From the IMG/VR virus record IMGVR_UViG_2974696732_000001: DNA of 58,707 nucleotides. One strand, given 5' to 3'. Shown in pieces: positions 29,647-39,732 of the stretch. Position 1 is the first letter of the stretch. The number at the start of each line of letters is the position of its first letter. Made by a program: the position numbers and the translations under genes. Under the pieces are notes generated by a model that was given only the letters and a program-made list of their open reading frames with translations, was not told the DNA's origin and did no database searches. This DNA comes from a virus (Duplodnaviria; Heunggongvirae; Uroviricota; Caudoviricetes).

Positions 29647-30134
29647 GTTGTCTTCTTTCTTCTCGTTTCAATATGCGAGCTACAGTTCTCCGTCAGGTCG
29701 GAACCAATCCACAGGAAAATCCCGGTGGTCATTGGGAAACCCATTACGACCCAGAAACAGGTGACATCATCCGTGATTGGGTGCCAGATGAAGATAGTGA
29801 TACCCCAGGCAATCAGACCCTGACAATCAAGTGTATTGTTCGTGGTGTGACAAATGGTGGTATTCGAGTAGCAGGAACAACCCAGCGATACAGTGAAGTT
29901 TACGAGAATATCGACTGGGCTACTTTGGTATTTCCAAAGGGAGTGATTCTGTCAAAGCGTGACAGGATTACGAATGTTTCCAACGCAAAGGGCGAGGTCA
30001 TCTGGAAGGAAGAAGAAATCGAAGGAGCCCCAGCGACAGTATTCATTGTTATGGGTGTCACTCCTGTCGTAGACCCATTCGGAAATCACATCGAAAATAC
30101 AGCTCTGATTCAGAGGGCACAGGTTCAGTCATAA
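29643..30134 (+). CDS. Head-to-tail stopper
   Basis: Position, size, beta-rich pattern. Confidence 0.65.
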   Translation: MSCLLSSRFNMRATVLRQVGTNPQENPGGHWETHYDPETGDIIRDWVPDEDSDTPGNQTLTIKCIVRGVTNGGIRVAGTTQRYSEVYENIDWATLVFPKGVILSKRDRITNVSNAKGEVIWKEEEIEGAPATVFIVMGVTPVVDPFGNHIENTALIQRAQVQS

Positions 30135-30934
30135 TGGCCGTAGCAAAGGGCAAGGCTTTTCTTGGAATCAATGCTGACACAGTTGAAGTTTCTGCCCTCA
30201 CTGGATTTCTCACCAATCTGTCAGCGAAAGTGGGAATGGATGTCAATACTGGTCCAGTCATCAAATTCGCACACAGCAGAATGTCTGAAAGATTCGATGC
30301 TTATATGTCAGTAATTGCCCCGGCAGCGCCAGGGCAATTTCACCATGTCTATGACTGGGGACGTATAGGTGTTCCACAGGCACAGCTATGGAAGAACGTA
30401 TTGAGAGGGCGAGGAAGCGAGCGTTATGCGTCATTTGAATTCCGAGCCTCTGTCCTTCCCGTTCCTTTGCCAGAAGGAGATAAGGTTCCATTCAAGAGAA
30501 AGCATAGATTCATCTACAAGGCCATGGTCATGGAATACAACATGGCTGTGACTATTAGACCAAAGCGAGCAAAAATGCTGGCATTCCCTGTAGACGACAG
30601 AATCATTTTTACAAAGGGGCCGGTACAGGTACAGAATCCTGGTGGAGCTGCAACCACTGGAGCCTTCACAGCAGCTTGGACAAGTTGGTGGTCAGGAGCC
30701 GGTGCAGAGCAGGTCTTCAATAACGAGATTAGAAGGACGCTGGAGAATGACTTCTCAGAAAAGGCAATGGCAAAGTTCCTCAGAAGATTCAAGCCAGCAC
30801 GCAAGAAGGTAACAAAGCTATCCATTGCAGACAACAATGCCGCATTCGCAAATGGAGCCAAGCTTGCAGAAGAGTTCCTTGCAGAGCGCAATAGAAAGAA
30901 CGCGGCACGAAGGAGGACAAATGACGAGCTATAA
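30134..30934 (+). CDS. Neck/tail-completion protein
   Basis: Position between stopper and terminator; TIRPKRAKMLAF motif. Confidence 0.6.
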   Translation: MAVAKGKAFLGINADTVEVSALTGFLTNLSAKVGMDVNTGPVIKFAHSRMSERFDAYMSVIAPAAPGQFHHVYDWGRIGVPQAQLWKNVLRGRGSERYASFEFRASVLPVPLPEGDKVPFKRKHRFIYKAMVMEYNMAVTIRPKRAKMLAFPVDDRIIFTKGPVQVQNPGGAATTGAFTAAWTSWWSGAGAEQVFNNEIRRTLENDFSEKAMAKFLRRFKPARKKVTKLSIADNNAAFANGAKLAEEFLAERNRKNAARRRTNDEL

Positions 30935-31472
30935 GCTAACAGGCTCACATGCAGTCAATGCATTCACTCAGGCAAAGCTAATGGAAGCTGGCTTTCTCGT
31001 ACAGAGCAACTATGTCAATCTTCCACCAATCATCCCTGCTCAGCAGCAACCAGAGCTGACAAACCTTCCAAAGGGAATTCCCTTCATTGTCTACAACTAT
31101 GCACAGGAGGGCACCTATCAGGACTGGTGGCTTGAGCACGAACAGCTTGCTTATGTAGTGTACACAGACGATGCCAACAAAATCAGAGACATCATCCACT
31201 ATCTGACTCAGCTATTCCGTAGATTTGACTGGTCTGCTGACGAAGTGAATCAATGGCTGGCAGTCAATGGAACTGCAAATCAGAAGGCATTCGATATGAA
31301 GTACATCAGAGTAGTGAATGCCACAAGCATTGAGCCAGCGACAGAAGAGGGCGGAAGGCATTCGGCAATGATTGTTCTGCACGTTTGCTTTACTGGAGAC
31401 TTGTATGGAGGCCCAACAAAGCCAAGTGAACCATACCCACCTCGTGGCAATGGCATGGGAATGAGAGCCTAG
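30921..31472 (+). CDS. Tail terminator protein
   Basis: IPFIVY motif; RBS AGGAGG before ATG 30921; directly precedes the major tail gene. Confidence 0.65.
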   Translation: MTSYKLTGSHAVNAFTQAKLMEAGFLVQSNYVNLPPIIPAQQQPELTNLPKGIPFIVYNYAQEGTYQDWWLEHEQLAYVVYTDDANKIRDIIHYLTQLFRRFDWSADEVNQWLAVNGTANQKAFDMKYIRVVNATSIEPATEEGGRHSAMIVLHVCFTGDLYGGPTKPSEPYPPRGNGMGMRA

Positions 31473-31473
31473 T

Positions 31474-31502
31474 TTGCTTCATAACCTCTGAGCCATTAAC
31501 AT
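31474..31502 (+). promoter_or_regulatory. Major tail promoter
   Basis: TTGCTT-17-TAACAT. Confidence 0.7.
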
Positions 31503-31563
31503 AATCTTGAGGAAGTGCTCTAGCCAAGCAACACTTTTTCAAGAAAAGAGGTGAAAGAAAAAC

Positions 31564-32187
31564 ATGGCATATCAGGTTAAGAACATTATCATTGGTGCAG
31601 CAGCCGTTTACCTATCAGCAGAAGACTCTACTGAATGGACCAGCGCACCAGCCCTTCCAACCGTTTCCGGAACTGCTAGCATGACTCCTGCACTAGATGG
31701 AGACACTAACTGGCGTCACTCCGGTTTTACGTCCGAAGGTGTCGAGGTTTCTTACGAGCCAGACTACGGTGAGGTAGAGGTTGACCAGCTCCTTGACTCC
31801 GCGAAGCTATTCAAGCAGTCTATGCGAGTAATGGTTAACACGACCTTCTCAGAGGCTACTCTTGAGAACCTACTCATCGTTTGGGGTCAGCAGAATACCA
31901 CTCTGACTTCCGGTGCGAGCGACAAGACTCTTGGAATTTCAGCAGGTGCTCTTGGTGACGAGCCAACGGAGCGCTCCGTAGCATTTGTCGGTCCTGCACC
32001 ACGTGCAGACGCCGGTACAAAGCGTGAGCGTGTTTACCACGTACGACGTGCTCTATCAATTGAGTCTTCTTCTCACTCACTGAGAAGGAACGAGGCAACG
32101 GTATTCCCAGTCTCATTCCGACTTCTTCCAGACCCAAGCTTCTCAGGTCAGGAGTACGGTGTGATTAAGGACAGGAACATCGCCTAA
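31564..32187 (+). CDS. Major tail (tube) protein
   Basis: NIIIGAA, GFTSEGVE, EVDQL, LSEATLENL-like motif; followed by terminator 32206-32223. Confidence 0.85.
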   Translation: MAYQVKNIIIGAAAVYLSAEDSTEWTSAPALPTVSGTASMTPALDGDTNWRHSGFTSEGVEVSYEPDYGEVEVDQLLDSAKLFKQSMRVMVNTTFSEATLENLLIVWGQQNTTLTSGASDKTLGISAGALGDEPTERSVAFVGPAPRADAGTKRERVYHVRRALSIESSSHSLRRNEATVFPVSFRLLPDPSFSGQEYGVIKDRNIA

Positions 32188-32283
32188 TCCGATGACTTTA
32201 GCGTTAGCCCCCGAAAGGGGGCTTTCGCATTTTGGATTATGAGAAGGCGTTGATATAATCAAGTTAAACACATAGGAGGAAAT

Positions 32284-32628
32284 GTGGCAACAAGCGTATA
32301 CACAGTCGAAGAGATTGTGCTACAGGACGGTACTGAGGTAACACTCAAGCCGCTAAACATTAAGAATCTCCGTAAGTTCATGAAGAAGTTCAAGGAGATT
32401 GAAAAGCTAAAGGATGACGACCAGGTAGTTGACTTCCTTATTGAGGTTGGACAGCTATGTCTTTCATCTCTGTACAAGGAGTACGAAGACACCGAAAAGT
32501 TTGAGGACGCGGTTGACATGCCAACAGTTCACAAGATTATCGAAATCTGTGGAGGGGTCAAGCTTAACGACCCGGAACTGATGGCCGCAGCGGCGGCAAT
32601 GATGGAGAAGGAAGCTGGGACGAGCTAA
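32284..32628 (+). CDS. Tail assembly chaperone (gpG-like)
   Basis: Between major tail and tape measure; -1 frame open from 32568. Confidence 0.8.
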   Translation: MATSVYTVEEIVLQDGTEVTLKPLNIKNLRKFMKKFKEIEKLKDDDQVVDFLIEVGQLCLSSLYKEYEDTEKFEDAVDMPTVHKIIEICGGVKLNDPELMAAAAAMMEKEAGTS

Positions 32629-32927
32629 ACCTAGCCCAACTCGAAGCAGAACTATTTTTGCTCGGCATTTGGAAGAACTTCGAAGAGATTGAGGAAAACC
32701 TAACGCTGGCAGAACTGGAAAAGCTACTAGAAGTAAAGCGAGACCAGGACTGGCAAAGCAAGAAATTTGCGGCAGCGTTGAAGGGTATCGACCTTGATGA
32801 ACCAGGTGATAAGGAAACACCTAGCTTCGATGATATCAAGCGCAGAGCAGATGCCAAGAACAGAGGCGTATCAGCCGAAGAGCTGGAGTTTGCTGAAATT
32901 GGCATTGGTATAGAAGGAGATGACTGA
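32568..32927 (+). CDS. Tail assembly chaperone extension (gpT-like, -1 frame)
   Basis: The -1 frame reads ...WDELNLAQLEAELFLLGIWKNFEE...; the track only gives TTG 32658. Confidence 0.65.
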   Translation, partial: RPGTDGRSGGNDGEGSWDELNLAQLEAELFLLGIWKNFEEIEENLTLAELEKLLEVKRDQDWQSKKFAAALKGIDLDEPGDKETPSFDDIKRRADAKNRGVSAEELEFAEIGIGIEGDD

Positions 32928-35900
32928 CAATAGAGAACATTAATATCCGCTTTACAGCTACAGCGGACTTCCGTGGGGCCGCTCGTGAAATCGAGGCCAT
33001 TAACGCACAGCTTGCAGCAATGCAGGCTAATTTGGCACGCGGAATGACGCCAGCAGCTCTGGCAACAAATCAGGCGGCATTCAGAAACAGCGTTCGCAGT
33101 CTTGGTAGCATGACTACCGAGACTATGCGTGTCGCATCTGCGTCTGAGATGTACACCAAGGCTCTGCTAAAGGAGGATATTACTCTTCGTCAGGCTCTGA
33201 GAAACCGACAGACATTTAACCAGGTTCTCAGAGAGCAGTACCAGTTGAGTAGAGCCGCTTCAATGCAGTGGAGCACAAACACTCGTGGCGGCTCTACCAT
33301 GGACCTTATCGTTCCTCGTGACGCTCCAGAGCGTCTAGGACGATTCCGTCAAACACTCGGCGCAGTACGTGCTGGAACCATTTCTACAAACGTTGCACTG
33401 GGCGAGATGGCCATCAAGATGGGCCTTGTCAGCCAGGTTGCGAACTCCGCAGCAGCCAACATGATTAAGTGGGGTAAGAACACTCAGTGGGCTGGTCGTC
33501 AGCTCATGGTCGGTCTAACCCTTCCAGTTGTTGCGGCCGGTGCTGCAATGGGTAAGCTTGCATATGATGTAGAAGCACAGATGACTCGTATCAATAAGGT
33601 ATACGACTTCTCTGCCAACAAGGACCAGAACGCAGCAAAGAATGCACAGGAAACTGCAACCCTCAGAGCTAATTCTATGAGGGCAGCTAAGACTGCCGCA
33701 GAGCAGTATGGTGCATCAATGAAGGACACCCTAACCGTAGAAGCCAATCTGGCAGCGACCGGTGAAAAGGGTAATGAGCTTATTGGTAAGACAACCGAGG
33801 TTATGCGTCTGGCCACCCTTGGTGAAATGGATTATCAGAAGGCTCTGGACACCACCATTACCTTGCAGTCAGTTTATGGACAGAATACAAGTCAGCTAGC
33901 AGAGTCATTCAACTACATGAACTCTGTTGAGAACGCAACCTCTCTATCTATCGAGGACTTCTCAAAGGCTATTCCAAAGGTCGCTGCTCCAATGAAGACT
34001 CTGAACGGTTCTTTGCAGGACGTTGGTACATTGCTTGTTGCTATGCGTGCGCGTGGTATCAATGCAGTCGAAGGTGCTAACGCAATTAAGGCATCATTCA
34101 CCCGAGTCCTTAAGCCTACAAAGCAGGCTAGAGACATGTTCGAACTTCTCACTAAGCAGTCATTGACAGAGCTTACTGACAAGACGAATGGTGAGGTTAT
34201 TCCTACCTTCCAGGCATTGCAGAAGGCAACGGCCGGTCTTACAGGTAAGAAGCGACAGGCTCTATTTGCAGCCCTATTCGGTACGCAGCAGACCACTCGA
34301 CTACAGGCAATCGTTGAAGAAATGGCTAACCTTGAGGATGAAACTACTCAGGTTGGTAAGGCTTACAAGATTGCTCAGGAAGAGTCTTCAACTTGGGCAG
34401 ATAGTGCCAGTCGAGAGATGGAGCAGCTACAGCAGTCTGCATCAGGTCGTCTAAAGATTGCTATCGAATCCCTAAAGGTTCAGCTTGCCGAAGCGGGCAA
34501 GCCATTCCTTGAGATTGCAGGATACATCGTTCGTGGTGTGACTGCAATTGTCAAGGCATTTAACGACCTTCCAGGCCCAGTGAAGTCATTCGCTACCATT
34601 GCAATTATTGCCGGTGCTATTGCCGGTCCTATCATCATGCTCGTAGGTCTGTTCGCCAACTTGGCAGGACAGGCAGTCAAGATGGGCGCAGGTCTTCTTG
34701 GACTCGTATTCCGATTCCGTGCACTTCTACCAGAGCAGGTAGCATCCCGTCTTGCGTCAATGCAGCAGACGGCAGCAATGCAGACTCAGCAGGGTCAGAC
34801 TCAGGCTCTTATCGCAACGGTAAATGAACTTACCGCAGCTCTTGGACGAGCAACAGCAGCACAGCAGGGATTGACTCAGGCACAGAGAACTGGTCAGGCA
34901 ACATCAGGAATTCGACCTGGTGTAGTTTCTGGTGCGCCTCTTCCACCTGTAGTTCCAACAACACCAACCGTAACCGGACCAATCACAATGACTGGTGCGG
35001 GATATCGTGATGCTACGGGACGTGCTCTTACTCAGGCAGAGGTAAGAAATTGGCAGGCAGCTCAGGCAGCCTCTGCAAGCATTAACCAGAATGCTACGAA
35101 CACTCGTCGCACCTGGCAGCAAATGGGAAGCAGCTTCCAGAATGTTGCTCTAGCAGCAGGATTCATGGGAACAATGGTTACCGACTCCGGAACCATGGCG
35201 AACAACATTTCTCAGATGCTTATCCCTCTAGCCCTATTCGGTCCAATGCTTATCGGTCCTATTACCAAGTTCGCTGGTGCTATCAAGGGACTCGTCATGC
35301 CAGCAATCAGCGCAATTGGCTCTGCTGCAACGTCAGCATTCGGAACAGTAGCTACCAGAGGTCGAGCAGCCATGGGAGCAGTTCGTAGCTCAATCGGTGG
35401 AGCCGTTGCAGCAATGGGTGGACTAAGCGCGGTAATGGGAACGGTCCTTGCAGTAGCGCTTGCCATTGGTGCAGCCTGGTACATCATTAATAAGAATGTA
35501 GCAGCCTCCCGTAAGGAGCAGGAGAACATTGAAAAGTCCTCCGAGGCGTGGGCAAAGACTCTAGGATTTACTTACACTGAGCAGCAGAAGATTGTTGCAC
35601 AGGGCACCCACAATGTTTCTTCTCTGAATGACAAGATGAACGAATTCAAGAAGAACAACAAGGACGCCTACAACGACATCCAGAAGTTCTACGACTCAAA
35701 GGAGGCAGAGAAGTGGGGTCGTGCTATCGAGGAAGGTGTAAAGGTTCGTCTTCACGGTGGTACAAAGAGCGCGGCAGAAGAAGCCGTAAAGACCTCCCTT
35801 GCCATCATGGGTCAGCGCTACTCCAATGCCGAGTTCCAGTACAAGCTAAAGGCGCAGATTGACTTTGACGACGTTTCTCAGGTTATCGAGAAGCGTCTAA

Positions 35901-38900
35901 AGGATGCTGCCACGGATATGCGTGACGCCACTAACTTGAAGTTTGACCAGTCTAAGTCTGAGTCCTTCGGACGATTCTTTGCAAACCCAGGTACCATTCA
36001 GCAGAAGGCCGGTGAGGCAATGAAGCAGAATGCAAAGGATTTGTGGGACATCTATGACAACACCCAGGAAACAGAGAAGAAGAAGGTATTCGATAAGATT
36101 GCCACCTCTGTAAACTCTGAGTCCGTAAAACTCTTTGAAACCTACAAGAAGAAGTATTCCAAGGAATTCAAGGAGATGGGAATTGAGACCTTCAAGGACT
36201 GGACTGACTATCTTAACAAGGACAGCAACATCGAATCCGGTGTCGCAGACACAGCCCTTGGTGTAAAGCTTGGTCTTTCTGATGGTGAAATTCACAAGGT
36301 CCAGCGTGCAGCAGACGCAGTAAAGGGATTCTCCAAGGAATTCGCTGATATGCAGGGTATTCCGAAGGGTAAGGCTGGAGTTAACTTCGATGACCTTTCC
36401 AAGGAAATCCCTGAGCTACAGAAGACAAAGGTTGAGCTGTGGTCTGTAAAGCAGGCAGAAGACGGATACTACTCTTCTCTCCGTGAAAGAAGTCGAGCCA
36501 ATGTAGAGACTTCCGATGCGGATAGGCTAGCCACTCTTAACATTTACAGAAGAATGGCCGGTCTCGAAGACGCGACTTCTCTTGAGCAGGGATTCCAGAA
36601 GGAAATCGACAAGTCCACCGACTCTCTTGTAGAGAACATGAATGCATGGGAAGCAAACTCCGACAACATCGGAGACTTCACCGATGCCTACAAGAGCGTA
36701 ATGTCAAATACTCGTGACGAAGCGCTGGCACAGGCAGAGTCTCTGCTCAATGACCAGATGCAGGGAGAAATTGACGGCATCAACGCTCGTGCAGAGGCAC
36801 GTTCAAAGGCCCTGGACGACGCTCAGGAAAGAGCAGATAAGAAGTTCGATGAGCGACAGGACAAGACTGAAAAGCGTTTTGAGGCGAAGCAGGAAGCCCT
36901 TGATAAGAGCTACGAGAAGAAGCAGAAGGCGTTTGACAAGCGCTGGGATAACATCATGGAGAACCACGACAAGAAGTGGGAAGGCCGCACTGATGCTATC
37001 AACAAGGCTTACGACGCAAAGGTCAAGAAGATTGACGCTGCAATCAAGGCTGAGGAAGACGCCGAGAACAAGCGTCAGGAAATCTTCGAGCGCGAGAAGA
37101 CTCGTATTCAGCGCGCTGCTCAGATGGCCAACCAGAACATCGACTTCAACATGGCTATTAATTCTGGTAACCTCGATGAGGCTGCCAAGATTGGTAACAA
37201 CATGCAGGCGGACCTGGATTCATGGGCTGCCGAAGATGCCGCTGGTGCAAGTCAGTCTGCTTCCGATAAGCGAATTGAGGCTCTGAACAATCAGAAGACA
37301 ACTGTTGAGGCAGAAAGAGACCGTCGTCTCAAGGTCATTCAGCAGATGGAAGAGGCTGAGAAGAAGCAGCTACAGGCACGTAAGGAGCGTGAGCAGGAAG
37401 CTCTAAACGCTCAGCGTGAAGCTGCCAACAAGGCTTTGCAGATTGCTCGTGAGACGGCGCTCAAGAAGATTCAGATTGAGCGTGAAGCTTACAATAAGGG
37501 AATTCAGGCTCAGCGTGAGGCATTGCAGAAGGAGACGCAGGACAAGATTAAGGCAACGCAGCGAAAGTACGAAGCTGCAAAGCGTGCCATTGAACTTGAG
37601 CTTGCTACCCTAAAGGCATTCGTTCCACGTAACAAGAAGGAACTCGATGAACAAATCAAGAAGATTGAGGCTGCCTATCAGAAGTACGGTGTAAACCTAA
37701 AGGGCAAGGGTAATGACTGGTCCAAGTACATCAAGGACAGCCTTAACAAGAACGTCAAGGTGGCAGCCGAAGACCTAAAGAACAAGATTGCATGGGACAA
37801 GATTGCAAAGTCTGTCGCCAATGAAATCTCCGAGGGTGCATTCGGTCTAACCATTGGTCAGTTCTCTGATTGGGTTTCAACTGGTAAGCTTCCTAAGTCT
37901 GGTCTTAATGAGAAGTCTGGAAAGAACAAGTCTCTCGATGCTCACCACGAGGGTGGACTTATTGGCGGAAAGTCTGGAGGTTCTGGACGTACCGGATATT
38001 CTGGTGGTCGAGCACATTCCGAGATGGACATTCGTGCCAAGAAGGGTGAGTTCATGATGAAGGACAAGGCTGTGGATAAGTACGGTCTTGACTTCATGGA
38101 GAACATCAACTCTGGAAAGTTCGGAACTGGTGGAATCGGTGGAGCAGAAGGAATGGGTCTCCCAGGACTTCTTGGCGCAGGTATGGCAGGAATGATGCAG
38201 GCGCTAATCCAGAAGGGTATCCAGCAGGGTTCCGACATGGCCATGATGATGGGCATTGATGGAATGGGTATTCCTGGAGCGGCCGGAATGTATGGTGGCG
38301 TAGGTCTAAATGCAGAGCAGCTACAGAATGCAGCTACCATTATTGCGACTGGTAAGGGAATGGGTGCAACAAACACCGACCTTATCGTATCCATCATGAC
38401 TGCTATGCAGGAGTCAACCCTAAGAAACCTCAACTACGGTGACCGTGACTCTCTTGGTCTATTCCAGCAGCGTCCTTCACAGGGTTGGGGTACTCCGGAG
38501 CAGATTAGAACTCCTTCTTATGCAGCACGTAAGTTCTTTGAGCACCTACTTGCAATGAAGGGTCGAGCAAAGCTGCCTCTATGGGAGCAGGCTCAGAGAG
38601 TTCAGCGCTCTGGATACCCAATGGCTTATGCAAAGTGGGAGCAGATGGCTCGCGCAGTTGTTGCGGGAACTGGATTCCAGCCATTTGGTAGCGGTGCAAA
38701 GCGTCGTCCTGTGAATGGCCCGGTCTCCAGAGACTATGCTCACCACTCCAACCTACCACGAGCAACTGACTTCGGTGTAGGAGTTGGAACCCCAGTTTAT
38801 GCAGCAATGAATGGTAATGTCACCACGTCCACAGACCTTCGTGGAAATGGAAATGGTGGATACCGCTCATATGGTAGATATGTAGTCGTTCAGAATGGTT

Positions 38901-39331
38901 CTGAGAAGACTCTGTATGCTCACCTCAGCAGAAGAAATGTTGGTGTAGGTACAAATGTTCGTGCAGGACAGCTACTTGGTTACTCCGGTAACACAGGTAA
39001 TTCAACTGGTCCTCACCTTCACTTTGAAACCTGGCGAGGTGGACAGACAGTTCCTCCAGGCACATTCGGAATTCCTGGTCTTGCAGTAGGTGGAAAGATT
39101 AAGTATGACAACACCATTGCAAACCTTCACAAGAATGAGGCAGTCCTAACGGCTCCACTCACAGCCAAGCTTGAGAGTGGAATTGATAAGATTGACTCAG
39201 GAGGCGGTAACACGTACAATTTCAATATCAATGCAGAGGCTATCAACACTGAGATTGATTTCGAGAAGGTTGTTACCAAGGCTCTCGACAGAATCGAAAG
39301 CAAGAAGGGAAGGAGCAGGGTCGTCAAGTAA
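32924..39331 (+). CDS. Tape measure protein with C-terminal SLT-like and M23 peptidase domains; probable CTG start
   Basis: TP901-type TMP core, long coiled coil, AMQES...LGLFQQRPSQGWG, YAHLS...TGPHLHFE; frame open 96 nt upstream of ATG 33020. Confidence 0.92.
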   Translation: MTIENINIRFTATADFRGAAREIEAINAQLAAMQANLARGMTPAALATNQAAFRNSVRSLGSMTTETMRVASASEMYTKALLKEDITLRQALRNRQTFNQVLREQYQLSRAASMQWSTNTRGGSTMDLIVPRDAPERLGRFRQTLGAVRAGTISTNVALGEMAIKMGLVSQVANSAAANMIKWGKNTQWAGRQLMVGLTLPVVAAGAAMGKLAYDVEAQMTRINKVYDFSANKDQNAAKNAQETATLRANSMRAAKTAAEQYGASMKDTLTVEANLAATGEKGNELIGKTTEVMRLATLGEMDYQKALDTTITLQSVYGQNTSQLAESFNYMNSVENATSLSIEDFSKAIPKVAAPMKTLNGSLQDVGTLLVAMRARGINAVEGANAIKASFTRVLKPTKQARDMFELLTKQSLTELTDKTNGEVIPTFQALQKATAGLTGKKRQALFAALFGTQQTTRLQAIVEEMANLEDETTQVGKAYKIAQEESSTWADSASREMEQLQQSASGRLKIAIESLKVQLAEAGKPFLEIAGYIVRGVTAIVKAFNDLPGPVKSFATIAIIAGAIAGPIIMLVGLFANLAGQAVKMGAGLLGLVFRFRALLPEQVASRLASMQQTAAMQTQQGQTQALIATVNELTAALGRATAAQQGLTQAQRTGQATSGIRPGVVSGAPLPPVVPTTPTVTGPITMTGAGYRDATGRALTQAEVRNWQAAQAASASINQNATNTRRTWQQMGSSFQNVALAAGFMGTMVTDSGTMANNISQMLIPLALFGPMLIGPITKFAGAIKGLVMPAISAIGSAATSAFGTVATRGRAAMGAVRSSIGGAVAAMGGLSAVMGTVLAVALAIGAAWYIINKNVAASRKEQENIEKSSEAWAKTLGFTYTEQQKIVAQGTHNVSSLNDKMNEFKKNNKDAYNDIQKFYDSKEAEKWGRAIEEGVKVRLHGGTKSAAEEAVKTSLAIMGQRYSNAEFQYKLKAQIDFDDVSQVIEKRLKDAATDMRDATNLKFDQSKSESFGRFFANPGTIQQKAGEAMKQNAKDLWDIYDNTQETEKKKVFDKIATSVNSESVKLFETYKKKYSKEFKEMGIETFKDWTDYLNKDSNIESGVADTALGVKLGLSDGEIHKVQRAADAVKGFSKEFADMQGIPKGKAGVNFDDLSKEIPELQKTKVELWSVKQAEDGYYSSLRERSRANVETSDADRLATLNIYRRMAGLEDATSLEQGFQKEIDKSTDSLVENMNAWEANSDNIGDFTDAYKSVMSNTRDEALAQAESLLNDQMQGEIDGINARAEARSKALDDAQERADKKFDERQDKTEKRFEAKQEALDKSYEKKQKAFDKRWDNIMENHDKKWEGRTDAINKAYDAKVKKIDAAIKAEEDAENKRQEIFEREKTRIQRAAQMANQNIDFNMAINSGNLDEAAKIGNNMQADLDSWAAEDAAGASQSASDKRIEALNNQKTTVEAERDRRLKVIQQMEEAEKKQLQARKEREQEALNAQREAANKALQIARETALKKIQIEREAYNKGIQAQREALQKETQDKIKATQRKYEAAKRAIELELATLKAFVPRNKKELDEQIKKIEAAYQKYGVNLKGKGNDWSKYIKDSLNKNVKVAAEDLKNKIAWDKIAKSVANEISEGAFGLTIGQFSDWVSTGKLPKSGLNEKSGKNKSLDAHHEGGLIGGKSGGSGRTGYSGGRAHSEMDIRAKKGEFMMKDKAVDKYGLDFMENINSGKFGTGGIGGAEGMGLPGLLGAGMAGMMQALIQKGIQQGSDMAMMMGIDGMGIPGAAGMYGGVGLNAEQLQNAATIIATGKGMGATNTDLIVSIMTAMQESTLRNLNYGDRDSLGLFQQRPSQGWGTPEQIRTPSYAARKFFEHLLAMKGRAKLPLWEQAQRVQRSGYPMAYAKWEQMARAVVAGTGFQPFGSGAKRRPVNGPVSRDYAHHSNLPRATDFGVGVGTPVYAAMNGNVTTSTDLRGNGNGGYRSYGRYVVVQNGSEKTLYAHLSRRNVGVGTNVRAGQLLGYSGNTGNSTGPHLHFETWRGGQTVPPGTFGIPGLAVGGKIKYDNTIANLHKNEAVLTAPLTAKLESGIDKIDSGGGNTYNFNINAEAINTEIDFEKVVTKALDRIESKKGRSRVVK

Positions 39332-39732
39332 TGGCTATTGTATTTGCTAAGCCTCGTCTGATGCGTTTCAACAACAACGCAGTGACAGACCACAACCGTG
39401 GTGAGCTGTCTATCGACGTAGAGCGAATTGAGAAAAAGCAGCGCATGGCAGACGGTACGATGCGAAAGTACATTGTTGCAGACAAGCGTACTTTCGGTGT
39501 GTCATGGCAGAACCTACCGCATTCCTCCTCCTATACGGTAGACGGTTTCTGGGGTGCGCGTCAATTGAAGTCATTCTTTGACGCCACCCCAGGGGCCTTT
39601 ACGTTGGAATTGACGTATGGAGATGGAACAGTAGAAACATATCAGGTCATGTTTGCTGACTTCAACATGAACCTGACTAAGCGTGGAGCTTACGATTTTT
39701 ACGAAGTCACAGTTTCAATGGAACAGGTATAA
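39331..39732 (+). CDS. Distal tail/minor tail protein
   Basis: Directly after TMP; RMADGTMRKY motif. Confidence 0.75.
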   Translation: MAIVFAKPRLMRFNNNAVTDHNRGELSIDVERIEKKQRMADGTMRKYIVADKRTFGVSWQNLPHSSSYTVDGFWGARQLKSFFDATPGAFTLELTYGDGTVETYQVMFADFNMNLTKRGAYDFYEVTVSMEQV

